Shown here: positions 1 through 8,397 of the stretch, one piece after another
How positions within the stretch are numbered: position 1 is the first letter of the stretch
How the letters are laid out: each line of letters opens with the position of its first letter
Source of the DNA: Candidatus Azambacteria bacterium
Lineage (GTDB): Bacteria > Patescibacteriota > Minisyncoccia > UBA10092
NCBI GenBank assembly: GCA_016213445.1
Contig: JACRAJ010000002.1
Span: forward strand, 102,780 to 145,987
Direction of reading: 5' to 3'
Length of the DNA stretch: 43,208 bases
Made by a program: the position numbers and the translations under genes
The notes under the pieces: model-generated
Seen by the model: the letters and a program-made list of their open reading frames with translations, nothing else
What the model was told of the DNA's origin: nothing
The model's database searches: none

Positions 1-28
1 GCTTTTTTTCGCCGCCGCAATTTTTCGT

Positions 29-43
29 GCCAGCGAAGCTGGC
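29..43. repeat. Short GC-rich hairpin GCCAGC-GAA-GCTGGC downstream of the nucleotidyltransferase gene. It resembles one arm of the palindromic element family.
   Basis: A 6-bp perfect inverted repeat with a 3-nt loop lies in the 50 nt after the stop of ORF 51..1052. It has the same stem/3-nt-loop design as CCAG-AGG-CTGG at 6992-7002. Confidence 0.4.
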
Positions 44-50
44 GCGCCGC

Positions 51-1052
51 CTAAATCTGATTATATCTTATTTTTGTAATATCTACATCAATTTCGCCAA
101 ATTCTTTAGGTTCATCCATAGCCAATAAATGGATTATTTCTGTAAAACATTTTCTTTTGTCTTTTACATCTAAATAATTCGTAATGAAGCTTAAAAATGT
201 AGATATGTTTTGTTCAAGTGAAGTTTTGCTGTTTTTTGAAAAAATATTTTTGCCCTTTTTGAAATTAAGATTTTCTACCTTCAATTTATCACCTAAAAAA
301 TCTAACAATACATTCATCAACCCTGTATCCGCGAAAATTTCAAAATATTTGTAGGGGTCATAGTTTAACCCTCGGAATAAATTTCCTAGCAAAACTTCTA
401 TCCATAAACCTTTTCTTTCGCTCGAAATCGCCTCAAGTTGCGTACGACTTATTTTAGCTTTATTTTTCATTTCTCTATAAACTTCTGAAGCAACATCGAG
501 ATGAAATTGGCAAGCGAATTTAATAGTGCGAAACAACATCCACGGTTCTTGCACAAATTGCTTTTTAGGATTAACAACGGTTCTTAACCTGCCATTTTTC
601 AAATCATCTAATCCATTATGCCTGTCAACTATTTCGCCATTTACTATATCAACGAATATATTATTTATAGTAAAATCAGATTTTGCTTGGCGAATTGTCG
701 GAGCCAAAGTTAAATCAATGGAATTTTTACGAGAACTTTTGGATGGCAAAAATCGGTAAACAGTAAATTTGTCTTGTTTAAATCTTAATTTTTCTTGGAT
801 TTTTACAAACTTCTTCAAGGTATTTTCAATAGATTGTTCTCGTTTGTCCCAATCCTCGTTTAATAAAATGCGGATGTCTAAATCCTTCCATTTTTTACCA
901 AGCAGAATATCACGGATAAATCCGCCAAAGACATAAATTTTAATTTTTGGAATTTTTTTAAGCCGCTCTAAAAATTCTAAATTATAAGATTTTTCAATCT
1001 CCTTGATAATAAATTCCGGTTTTAATCTTTTTGTGTTTAATTTATTTATCAT
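51..1052 (-). CDS. Class II nucleotidyltransferase of the tRNA CCA-adding enzyme / poly(A) polymerase family; no HD domain visible
   Basis: The ORF is 333 aa. VFGGFIRDILLGKKWKDLDIRI matches the GGxxRD...DxD head-domain signature. The start overlaps the upstream ORF by 11 nt. Confidence 0.6.
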   Translation of the reverse strand: MINKLNTKRLKPEFIIKEIEKSYNLEFLERLKKIPKIKIYVFGGFIRDILLGKKWKDLDIRILLNEDWDKREQSIENTLKKFVKIQEKLRFKQDKFTVYRFLPSKSSRKNSIDLTLAPTIRQAKSDFTINNIFVDIVNGEIVDRHNGLDDLKNGRLRTVVNPKKQFVQEPWMLFRTIKFACQFHLDVASEVYREMKNKAKISRTQLEAISSERKGLWIEVLLGNLFRGLNYDPYKYFEIFADTGLMNVLLDFLGDKLKVENLNFKKGKNIFSKNSKTSLEQNISTFLSFITNYLDVKDKRKCFTEIIHLLAMDEPKEFGEIDVDITKIRYNQI

Positions 1053-1905
1053 TCGTTTTTACTAATTTGATAAGGTCGTCTCGCGTCAATTTAGAAACCG
1101 GCATTTCTTTACCAGCAGTTACATTGCCGCCACTTACCAACAATCTTTTATTTGGATGCAACCACCAGTCAACTTCTGTCTCCATTTTTCTAACTTTTTC
1201 AAAAACTTCCGTTAAATCAACCGAGCTGTCGCTTTTTGCTCTAAATTGCCGATATCCAAATTTATTATCAACCAAAATCATCAATATCCCGCCGTTATTA
1301 TAGGTTAAGGCGTCAAAAGGATCGCCCGGGATTAACTCGCTTTCAATCGCTGACGCCTTACCCCAAAATGATTGAAAATCAATTCTCTGCTCAAAGGCTT
1401 TTATAGCTTCTTGCTTCTTTACGAAAAGCGCAAAAAGACAATCAAGTATTCGCATTCCCAAATCAACGGTATTGGCAGAATCGGTAGAATGATTTGAGGC
1501 TGAAATGATATTTGTAATAGAAAAATCTACCAATTCTTGATTAAAATTCTTTAATTGTCCCGTGTCATCTTTATACGCAAAAACTGAAATTTGTTTTAAT
1601 ACTTTTCTTTCTATTTCGTTAGTTGACAAGTATTTTAACGAATCTAACCAATCCCATATTAAATCGGCAGTCGTAACATCACCTTTTTCGCCCCAGTGTT
1701 CATCAAATTTTCCGGCACCAACACCTAAAAATATCATATCCGGGTCGGTGTCTGGCAATTTCCCTTTATAAGTAATTTCGCCAGGATTGCCACTCAAAAC
1801 AAAATCAATTTTGGGGTTTTTAAAATCAGGATGAAATTTTCTAATTAACCAAATGGCGACAATTTCATCTAAATGTGGATTGATGTGCGTGATTAAGTAT
1901 TTCAT
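1042..1905 (-). CDS. MYG1/UPF0160-like metal-dependent hydrolase (putative)
   Basis: The ORF is 287 aa. ITHINPHLDEIVAIWLI, GVGAGKFDEH and WWLHPNKRLLVSGGNVT resemble the THxxxxHxDE, VGGxxDxxxH and C-terminal H...GG motifs of the MYG1 family. This was recognised by eye only. Confidence 0.4.
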   Translation of the reverse strand: MKYLITHINPHLDEIVAIWLIRKFHPDFKNPKIDFVLSGNPGEITYKGKLPDTDPDMIFLGVGAGKFDEHWGEKGDVTTADLIWDWLDSLKYLSTNEIERKVLKQISVFAYKDDTGQLKNFNQELVDFSITNIISASNHSTDSANTVDLGMRILDCLFALFVKKQEAIKAFEQRIDFQSFWGKASAIESELIPGDPFDALTYNNGGILMILVDNKFGYRQFRAKSDSSVDLTEVFEKVRKMETEVDWWLHPNKRLLVSGGNVTAGKEMPVSKLTRDDLIKLVKTNDK

Positions 1906-2079
1906 AAATTTTTCAATTTATTTGATTAAATCCCGCGGATTACGCAATTGAAGCGGGGCGTTTCCTTGTTAACGATATGGCCGAGTCGCAGCTTATAAGG
2001 CAAGTGATTAACTTTCCGAGCATTTCGGTCTCGCAACCGCTTAGGGAGTGTCGGTCTCTTGAACCGGTGCTCAATACTG

Positions 2080-2164
2080 CGGAGGGTACAGGATTCGAAC
2101 CTGTGATGCCTTGCGGCAAACTCGCTTTCCAAGCGAGCGCACTAGACCACTATGCGAACCCTCC
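2080..2164 (-). tRNA. tRNA-Ser (anticodon GGA), class II with long variable arm; CCA not encoded
   Basis: The cloverleaf was folded by hand. Acceptor is GGAGGGT/ACCCTCC and the D stem is GCA/TGC. The anticodon stem is CTCGC/GCGAG with loop TTGGAAA. The variable arm is TGCC-GCAA-GGCA. The T arm is ACAGG-TTCGAAT-CCTGT and the discriminator is G. Confidence 0.9.
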
Positions 2165-2174
2165 AAAAAAACTT

Positions 2175-2771
2175 TTACAAATCCGAAAATTTGACGATTT
2201 TGTTTTTGCCGGTATGTTTCGCTTTATAAAGCGCCTTATCGGTCTTTTCGAACAAATCATAAAAATCCTTGGCTTTGGATTTGGCGAAGCTGGCAATACC
2301 GCCGCTCACCGTGAATTTTATTTTCTTTTCCGCCCACTCGGCAGCCGTTTCTTCCACCCTCTTTCTGATATCGTCGGCAATTTTATAAGCCTGGCTCTCG
2401 CGAGATCCCACCAACCCCAGAACAAATTCCTCGCCTCCCCAGCGCGCCGCGATATCTATTTCGCGCACTTTCCCTTTGATAATTTTACTTACAAGCTTCA
2501 AAATTTCATCTCCGGCTTGATGGCCGTAAGTATCGTTTATTTTCTTGAAATTATCAATATCAAAAACCGCCAAACTGAAACTTTTGACAAGAAAATCTTT
2601 GCGGCGCAGCGGATTTTTTAAATAACCTTTGACTTCGGCAATAAATTTATCGGCCCCTTCTTTAAAACCGCGTCGATTGTAAAGAGCGGTTAGCTCGTCT
2701 GTATGCGATAATTCCTTCAAATGCGCCACCTCTCTTTCCAATTCCGCAATTCTTTTTTGTTGCGCGATCAT
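2175..2771 (-). CDS. GGDEF-domain diguanylate cyclase with a short N-terminal coiled coil and no sensor domain
   Basis: The ORF is 198 aa. It carries the RWGGEEFVL active-site motif and FDIDNFKKINDTYGHQAGD. An RxxD I-site (REID) lies 5 residues upstream of GGEEF. Confidence 0.85.
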   Translation of the reverse strand: MIAQQKRIAELEREVAHLKELSHTDELTALYNRRGFKEGADKFIAEVKGYLKNPLRRKDFLVKSFSLAVFDIDNFKKINDTYGHQAGDEILKLVSKIIKGKVREIDIAARWGGEEFVLGLVGSRESQAYKIADDIRKRVEETAAEWAEKKIKFTVSGGIASFAKSKAKDFYDLFEKTDKALYKAKHTGKNKIVKFSDL

Positions 2772-2782
2772 TTAGGTGCGCT

Positions 2783-3670
2783 TTAAATTAAAATTTCCCG
2801 CAAGCGTTTTATTCTCTCCTCCACCGGCGGATGAGTCATAAATAAATTTACAAGCCGGTTGCCGCCGCCTTTTCTTTTAAAGGGATTGTCAATATATAAG
2901 TGGGCGGTTGCCGAAGACGCGCGCATCAATTGTTTCGGGCTGTTGTGAATTTTAACAAGCGCCCGAGACAGCGGTTCGGAATTTTTGATGAGGCGGGCGC
3001 CGGATTCGTCGGCCAAAAATTCCCGCCGGCGGGAAACGGCCAATTGAATAAGCGTGGCGGCAATGGGCGCCAAGATTGCGGCGGCAATTCCCACAATCAT
3101 CAAAACTCCCGACCCTCCTTCATTGCGATCGCGATCGCCGCCAAAAACGCCCCGAAAAAAAGTCATTCGCAAAAAGAAATCCGAAGCAATCGCGATAACG
3201 CCGGCTAAAACAACAACAATGGAGGAAATTAAAATGTCGCGATTTTTTATATGGGAAATTTCATGCGCCAAAACCCCTTCCAGCTCGCTCTCAGATAAAA
3301 CCTGCATAATTCCCGTTGTCGCCGCCACGGCCGCATGATTTTTATTCCGGCCGGTGGCAAAAGCGTTGGGACTGGGATCGTTGACAACATAAACCCTTGG
3401 CATCGGAATATCCGCAAGGCGCGCCGTTTTTTCAACCGCTTCATACAGTTCCGGATATTCATTTTTTGAAGCCGGCTTGGCGCCGGAAATCATCAATGCG
3501 ATTTTATCCGAAAACCAATAAGAAGCGACATTCATCGCCAAACTTAAAGCAACCGCAAAATACAGAATGCCGGGACTGGCGAAAGCGCGGGAAAAAATAA
3601 ATCCCACCGCCACCACGAACACAAAAAATCCGGTCATTAAAGCCCAAGTTTTCAAAATATTTTTATTCAT
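2783..3670 (-). CDS. htpX: M48-family zinc metalloprotease HtpX
   Basis: The ORF is 295 aa with N-terminal TM helices, the HEISHIKNRD (HExxH) motif, and a C-terminal FMTHPPVEERI typical of HtpX. Confidence 0.85.
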   Translation of the reverse strand: MNKNILKTWALMTGFFVFVVAVGFIFSRAFASPGILYFAVALSLAMNVASYWFSDKIALMISGAKPASKNEYPELYEAVEKTARLADIPMPRVYVVNDPSPNAFATGRNKNHAAVAATTGIMQVLSESELEGVLAHEISHIKNRDILISSIVVVLAGVIAIASDFFLRMTFFRGVFGGDRDRNEGGSGVLMIVGIAAAILAPIAATLIQLAVSRRREFLADESGARLIKNSEPLSRALVKIHNSPKQLMRASSATAHLYIDNPFKRKGGGNRLVNLFMTHPPVEERIKRLREILI

Positions 3671-3682
3671 AATTCATTCCTA

Positions 3683-5887
3683 TTATACCACAGCGTCTTG
3701 CAATTTCAAGGATAAAAGTTTTGAAACACCGTCGCCCGCCATGGTAACGCCGTAGAGAATATCGGCGATTTCCATTGTCGCCCTGTTGTGCGTTATTAAA
3801 ATAAATTGGGTTTTTTCCGCCAAATCTTTTAAAACTTTGGCAAAGCGCGCGGCGTTATTTTCATCCAAAGCGGCGTCAACTTCATCCAAAATCAAAAATG
3901 GCGGACGGCTTGCCGAAACGATGGCAAACAAAAGCGCCGCGGAAACAAGCGAACGCTCCCCGCCCGAAAGCAGATTGAGATCTTTAACCTTTTTTTGCGG
4001 CACGCTTACGTTTATAATAACGCCGGAAGAACCGTTTTCCAAGTCAACAAGAGAAAGACGCGAGGAGCCGCCGCCAAACATCAGCCGGAAATAATGATTG
4101 AATTCTTCGTTGATTTTCGCGAGTCCGATTTTAAAATCGTTGCCGATTCTTTCGGTTAAATCACTGATCAAGCTTTCCAACGACTTAATGGCGCCGTTCA
4201 AATCAGCCGATTCCGCCGTTAAAAATTCATGCCTTTTTTCGGTTTCTTCGTATTCGCGCATTATTTCTTTATCGATTGAGCCGATATCGGCGATTTCCCT
4301 TCTCAATTTGATTATTTTATTCTCCAGCCCCGTTAGAAACCCCGTTTCTAACGGGGCCGGTTCCGCAACATTTAAAACTTCATTATTGTTATTGTTAAAA
4401 TCTGCCGTAGCAAAAGATATTGTTTTGCAAAAATCGTCGTAATTTTTGTCCGAACTCCACATTTCGGATTTAATATCCGCTTCTCTTAATTTTATTTTTT
4501 CTTCAATCAAATCAAAATTGCGCGCCGCCTCCCGAATAGACAGATATTCGCGCCTTGCCGTTTCCAATTCTTTTTGGACGTCCAAATACCTGCCGCGCCA
4601 TTCGGCTTCTTCCGAGCGAATTTTTAAAAGCCCCTCCTTTTTCTTTTTAATGTCATTCTCGATTTTGGCAAGTTTCATTTTCAAATTTTCCCTGTCCGCC
4701 TCGTAAGGGCTCTCGCTCTCTTTTTCGAAATCCGCCAAATCCGCCAGTAAAAGAATTTTTGAAATTTCGTTCCGTTCGAAATAATCGCCAATGGTTCCGA
4801 TTTCCAACGCAATATTTTTAACGGCTTCTTTAATGGCGGCGCCGTCGCTAAGCTCCAAAATAGCATTGAGGCGTTTTGCCCAGTATTTTATTTTAATCGC
4901 CAAAACCGTTTCTGTTGTTTTGACGTTGCCGGCGTTATTTTTTTTCGCCGACTCAACAAGCCCTTCAACGCGGCCAAGCTCGCGAGCGATATCGCGCCAC
5001 CGGGCATTCAATTCTTCCAAATCGCTTTCAACGCGGCCGGTTTCTCTGCCGCCTTGCGAGATTTGCGCCAATTGGTCGCCAAAAAATTTTTCTTTGGCTT
5101 CGAAATTTTCTTTCGCCGCCGCAATTTTAAAACCGGTTTCCCGCTGCGCTTTGCGATTATCATCCCTTTCCGCCAAAATTTCCCGGATTTTTATTTTGAA
5201 AAATTTATTTTCAAGATTGTCCAAATCGTTAATTAAAGCCTCTCGTTTTTGAAATTTCTCAACTTGGCGCTTTAAAGACCGCAAATGAGGAAAAATTTCG
5301 CTTATCAAACTCGCCGTTTGCCGCAAATTGGCGCCTGTTTCCAAAAGTTTCGCTTCGGCTTCGGATTTCTTAAGCTGAAATTCCCGAAGTCCGAGAGCCT
5401 CTTCTAAAATACTCCGCCTTTCAACGGCATCGGCTCTCAAAATTTCATCGGCCGAACCCTGGTTAACAATTGAATGGCCTCGAAGTCCCAGTTTTGAACG
5501 CGCCAAAAGCTCGGCGATGTCTTTAAGCCGAACTTGGCTGCCGTTTAAATAATATTCATTGGCGCCATCGCGATACACTTTGCGTCCGATCGACACTTCC
5601 TCAAAATCAATCGGAAAAAATCCGTCCTTGTTGTCGAAATGTAAAAAAACGCTCGCTTTGCCTTGAGCGGATTTTTCAGCCGAACCGGCCCAAATTAAAT
5701 CGACGCCCGATTTCGATCTCAAACTCTTTAAACTCTGCTCGCCCAAAACCCAGCGCACCGAATCAACCACGTTCGATTTGCCCGATCCGTTGGGGCCGAC
5801 AACGGCGCTTACCGCGGCCGGAAATTCCAGCGCGGTTTTATTGGCAAAAGATTTAAATCCCGATATTTCCAGTTTTTTCAGCCTCAT
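3683..5887 (-). CDS. smc: SMC-family chromosome segregation ATPase, unusually short (734 aa)
   Basis: The N-terminal head reads FKSFANKTALEFP..VVGPNGSGKSNVVDSVRWVLGEQS. The C-terminal head carries LSGGERSLVSAALLFAI (signature) and FLILDEVDAALD (Walker B). The middle is heptad-rich. Confidence 0.8.
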   Translation of the reverse strand: MRLKKLEISGFKSFANKTALEFPAAVSAVVGPNGSGKSNVVDSVRWVLGEQSLKSLRSKSGVDLIWAGSAEKSAQGKASVFLHFDNKDGFFPIDFEEVSIGRKVYRDGANEYYLNGSQVRLKDIAELLARSKLGLRGHSIVNQGSADEILRADAVERRSILEEALGLREFQLKKSEAEAKLLETGANLRQTASLISEIFPHLRSLKRQVEKFQKREALINDLDNLENKFFKIKIREILAERDDNRKAQRETGFKIAAAKENFEAKEKFFGDQLAQISQGGRETGRVESDLEELNARWRDIARELGRVEGLVESAKKNNAGNVKTTETVLAIKIKYWAKRLNAILELSDGAAIKEAVKNIALEIGTIGDYFERNEISKILLLADLADFEKESESPYEADRENLKMKLAKIENDIKKKKEGLLKIRSEEAEWRGRYLDVQKELETARREYLSIREAARNFDLIEEKIKLREADIKSEMWSSDKNYDDFCKTISFATADFNNNNNEVLNVAEPAPLETGFLTGLENKIIKLRREIADIGSIDKEIMREYEETEKRHEFLTAESADLNGAIKSLESLISDLTERIGNDFKIGLAKINEEFNHYFRLMFGGGSSRLSLVDLENGSSGVIINVSVPQKKVKDLNLLSGGERSLVSAALLFAIVSASRPPFLILDEVDAALDENNAARFAKVLKDLAEKTQFILITHNRATMEIADILYGVTMAGDGVSKLLSLKLQDAVV
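4327..4357. repeat. Perfect GC-capped hairpin embedded in frame in smc
   Basis: GCCCCGTTAGAAAC-CCC-GTTTCTAACGGGGC forms a 14-bp perfect stem with a 3-nt loop. It encodes EPAPLETGFLTG on the minus strand. Confidence 0.8.
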
Positions 5888-5908
5888 TGGATATATATTA
5901 TCAGTTTT

Positions 5909-6604
5909 TTACCGCCAATTTTTAACTTTCAAAGCATTTTCCGCCGCCTGTTGCTGGGCTTCGTTTTTGGAAGATCCTTCGCCTTGCGCCACCAATTCTT
6001 TGCCTAAATAAACGCCGACAACAAATTTTTTGGCATGATCGGGGCCGCTTTCTTTTAAAACTTCATAAGTCGGTGTAATGCCGGCTCTTTCCTGCGCCGC
6101 TTCCTGAAACAAACTTTTGGAATCGCGCCATAATTTTTTATCAATTATGTCTTGAAGCTCCGGGATAAGGTTTTTATAAATAAAATTTTCCGCCGCTTTG
6201 TAATTCTGGTCCAAGAAAAGGGCGCCGGTAAAAGCTTCAAACGTATTGGCTAAAATATATTGGCGACCGCGGCCATTTTCCTTGGCTTCGCCTTTTGATA
6301 AATACAGAAAATCATTAAAACCCAGCCGGTCGGCAATTTTTGAAAGCATTTGCGTATTAACCAAAGCCGCTCGAAGATTGGTCATTTCTCCTTCGGCCAA
6401 ATCCGGATAATTTCTAAAGAGATATTCCGTCACCGCGAGTTCCAAAACCGCATCGCCCAGATATTCAAGCCGCTCATTGTGCCCCAGCTCAAAAGCCGGA
6501 TTTTCGTTTAAATATGAACGATGAACAAAAGCTTGCTTTAACAAGTTTTTATTTTTGAATTTAACTTCCAGTTTTTGCTGCAAGTCGTCAAAATTTTTAT
6601 CCAT
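5909..6604 (-). CDS. rnc: Ribonuclease III
   Basis: The ORF is 231 aa. It has the [14 protein letters not shown] RNase III signature and a C-terminal dsRBD-like region (GPDHAKKF...[14 protein letters not shown]). Confidence 0.9.
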   Translation of the reverse strand: MDKNFDDLQQKLEVKFKNKNLLKQAFVHRSYLNENPAFELGHNERLEYLGDAVLELAVTEYLFRNYPDLAEGEMTNLRAALVNTQMLSKIADRLGFNDFLYLSKGEAKENGRGRQYILANTFEAFTGALFLDQNYKAAENFIYKNLIPELQDIIDKKLWRDSKSLFQEAAQERAGITPTYEVLKESGPDHAKKFVVGVYLGKELVAQGEGSSKNEAQQQAAENALKVKNWR

Positions 6605-7094
6605 TTTCTTTGTTTTTCCTCGGCCCTCCTTCTTCTTTTCCCGGTTCGCCTATCGCCCGATAAATCGTGCCCAAGACGCCATTCACGAATTTTCCCGAAG
6701 TTTCGCCGCCAAAACTTTTTGCCAGCTCGATAGCTTCGTTGATGGCGACTTTCGGAGGCACTTCTTTATGGTTGCCGTATAAAAGCTCGTAAATGCCCAG
6801 CCGCAGAACATTTCTGTCAACCAAATTAATCTGCTCAAGCGGCCACTCGGGCGCGGTTTTAACGATGATGGCGTCGATTTTTTCTATATTTTCAAAAACG
6901 CCTTTTATCAGATCGCGGGTAAAACTGCTGTCGTCCAAGCCGGGCCCGAATTCCTCGATATCGCGCCCCAAAATCTCTTCGATTTTTCCAGCCAGAGGCT
7001 GGTCCGCCTTTGGCGGAGAAACTTTCTCACGGTTAAAATCCCACTCGTACAAAACTTGCACCGCAATTGACCGCGAAAGATGCCTGTTTGCCAT
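6597..7094 (-). CDS. nusB: Transcription antitermination factor NusB
   Basis: The ORF is 165 aa. [13 protein letters not shown] and [24 protein letters not shown] match NusB-family motifs. It overlaps rnc by 8 nt. Confidence 0.8.
   Translation of the reverse strand: MANRHLSRSIAVQVLYEWDFNREKVSPPKADQPLAGKIEEILGRDIEEFGPGLDDSSFTRDLIKGVFENIEKIDAIIVKTAPEWPLEQINLVDRNVLRLGIYELLYGNHKEVPPKVAINEAIELAKSFGGETSGKFVNGVLGTIYRAIGEPGKEEGGPRKNKENG
6992..7017. repeat. Twin-hairpin GC-rich palindromic element inside nusB
   Basis: The element is CCAG-AGG-CTGG followed by TCCGCC-TTT-GGCGGA. The second half is identical to the 15-mer at 30781-30795 and 42496-42510. It encodes [10 protein letters not shown]. Confidence 0.75.
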
Positions 7095-7179
7095 AAATAT
7101 TTTTATTATAAAAATCTGTAAACTCTCTAATTTCTATCACAAATCCCCCAAAAAATCAAAACCTTTCAAATACAGATGC

Positions 7180-7215
7180 ATAGATGTCGCCCCGCAATTG
7201 CGGGGCGACATCTAT
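7180..7215 (-). terminator. Strong hairpin 4 nt downstream of the tgt stop (terminator-like)
   Basis: ATAGATGTCGCCCCGC-AATT-GCGGGGCGACATCTAT forms a 16-bp perfect stem. There is no clean U-run on the minus strand. Confidence 0.55.
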
Positions 7216-7218
7216 ATT

Positions 7219-8397
7219 TTAAATAAGACCATTTTTGATTTTTTCCCTCACTTTTTCGACATAGGTGTTGAAAAAATGGAGATTGTGGAAAGTCAAAAGC
7301 CGCATCGCCGTTATTTCTCCGGCTTTTAAAAGATGCGCGATATAACTGCGTTTGTAATTTTGGCAGACGGAACAGGCGCATTTTGAATCCAAAGGTTTTT
7401 TATCTTTCAAAAAAACGGATTTGTTCAAATTCAATTTTCCCGCCTTCGCTAAAGCTACGGCGGGCAAACCCGAACTGACAAACGCGATCCCCCGCCTGCC
7501 GTAATGCGTCGGCACCGTGCAATCGAATAAATCAATTCCGCTTTTCACGATATTTTCAATGTCTTCGATCTTGCCGATGCCCAAAAGATGGCGAGGCTTT
7601 GATTCTTCAAGATGAGGCAAAACCCATGAAATAATTTTTTTCGTGTCCGCTTTGCTTTCGCCCAAATCGCCGCCGATGCCAAATCCGTCAAACCCCAAAG
7701 AATTTATAATCCGGGCGCTTTCTCCTCTTAAATCTTTAAACTTGGAACCTTGCACAATGCCAAAAAGAGCCTGATTTGTTTTATGGCTGGCGATGCAAAT
7801 TTTCGCCCAATCGTGGGTTCTTCTTAATGAAGTTTCTATATATGATTTTGTCGAAAGCGGCGGCGTGCATTCATCGAAAGCGAAAATGATGTCGGCGCCG
7901 ATCGCTTCTTGTATTTTTATGGATTCCCTCGGTCCTATAAATAATTCACGGCCGTCAATCGGCGATTTGAAATAAACTCCGCCGCTTGTGATTTTCACTT
8001 TTTTCGGCTGGGCGTTTTTGTCGATAATCGCGTCTTTATTTTTACCGAAAGAAGGCGCGGAAATTTTTCCCACGCCGAGATCATGGCCGAATCCCAGGCT
8101 GAAAACCTGAAAACCGCCAGAGTCGGTCATCAGAGGGTGGCGCCAGTTCATAAACTTGTGAATTCCGCCGGCGGATTTGACGATTTTTTCTCCCGGTTTT
8201 AAATGCAAATGAAAAGTGTTGGCGATAAGAATTTGGCATTTTGCCGCCTCGGCTTCTTCACTGGTTAAAGTTTTAACAACGGCTTGAGTCGCCACCGGCA
8301 CCAAGGTTGGCGTTTCAATTTCTCCGTGCGGCGTTTTCAATATCCCGATCCTCGCCCCGCTCTTCTTTGATTTTTTAACGATTTTAAATTTGATCAT
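7219..8397 (-). CDS. tgt: Queuine tRNA-ribosyltransferase
   Basis: The ORF is 392 aa. TPHGEIETPTLVPVATQAVVK, DSGGFQV, GIGGDLGE and a C-terminal CxCxxC zinc site (CACSVCQNY...H) are typical of TGT. Confidence 0.9.
   Translation of the reverse strand: MIKFKIVKKSKKSGARIGILKTPHGEIETPTLVPVATQAVVKTLTSEEAEAAKCQILIANTFHLHLKPGEKIVKSAGGIHKFMNWRHPLMTDSGGFQVFSLGFGHDLGVGKISAPSFGKNKDAIIDKNAQPKKVKITSGGVYFKSPIDGRELFIGPRESIKIQEAIGADIIFAFDECTPPLSTKSYIETSLRRTHDWAKICIASHKTNQALFGIVQGSKFKDLRGESARIINSLGFDGFGIGGDLGESKADTKKIISWVLPHLEESKPRHLLGIGKIEDIENIVKSGIDLFDCTVPTHYGRRGIAFVSSGLPAVALAKAGKLNLNKSVFLKDKKPLDSKCACSVCQNYKRSYIAHLLKAGEITAMRLLTFHNLHFFNTYVEKVREKIKNGLI
7439..7464. repeat. GC-rich palindromic element inside tgt; inverted copy of the element at 26915-26940
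   Basis: CCCGCC-TTCGCTAAAGCTAC-GGCGGG is seen here. The 22-nt core CGCCTTCGCTAAAGCTACGGCG (7441-7462) is the exact reverse complement of 26917-26938. It encodes LPAVALAKAG. Confidence 0.75.

Noticed and set aside
1906-2079. A possible second tRNA or tRNA-like gene next to tRNA-Ser. The cues were a TCGGT-CTCTTGA-ACCGG stem-loop resembling a Lys CTT anticodon arm and a GGCCGAGT D-loop-like string.
   Set aside because: No acceptor stem, D arm or T arm can be assembled around these pieces on either strand. The GGATTCGAACC T-loop-like string belongs to the tRNA-Ser complement.
1977-2621. A 214-aa plus-strand ORF spans tRNA-Ser and the GGDEF gene.
   Set aside because: It runs antisense through a well-folded tRNA and a motif-rich GGDEF gene, and its protein is low-complexity. 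It is a shadow ORF.
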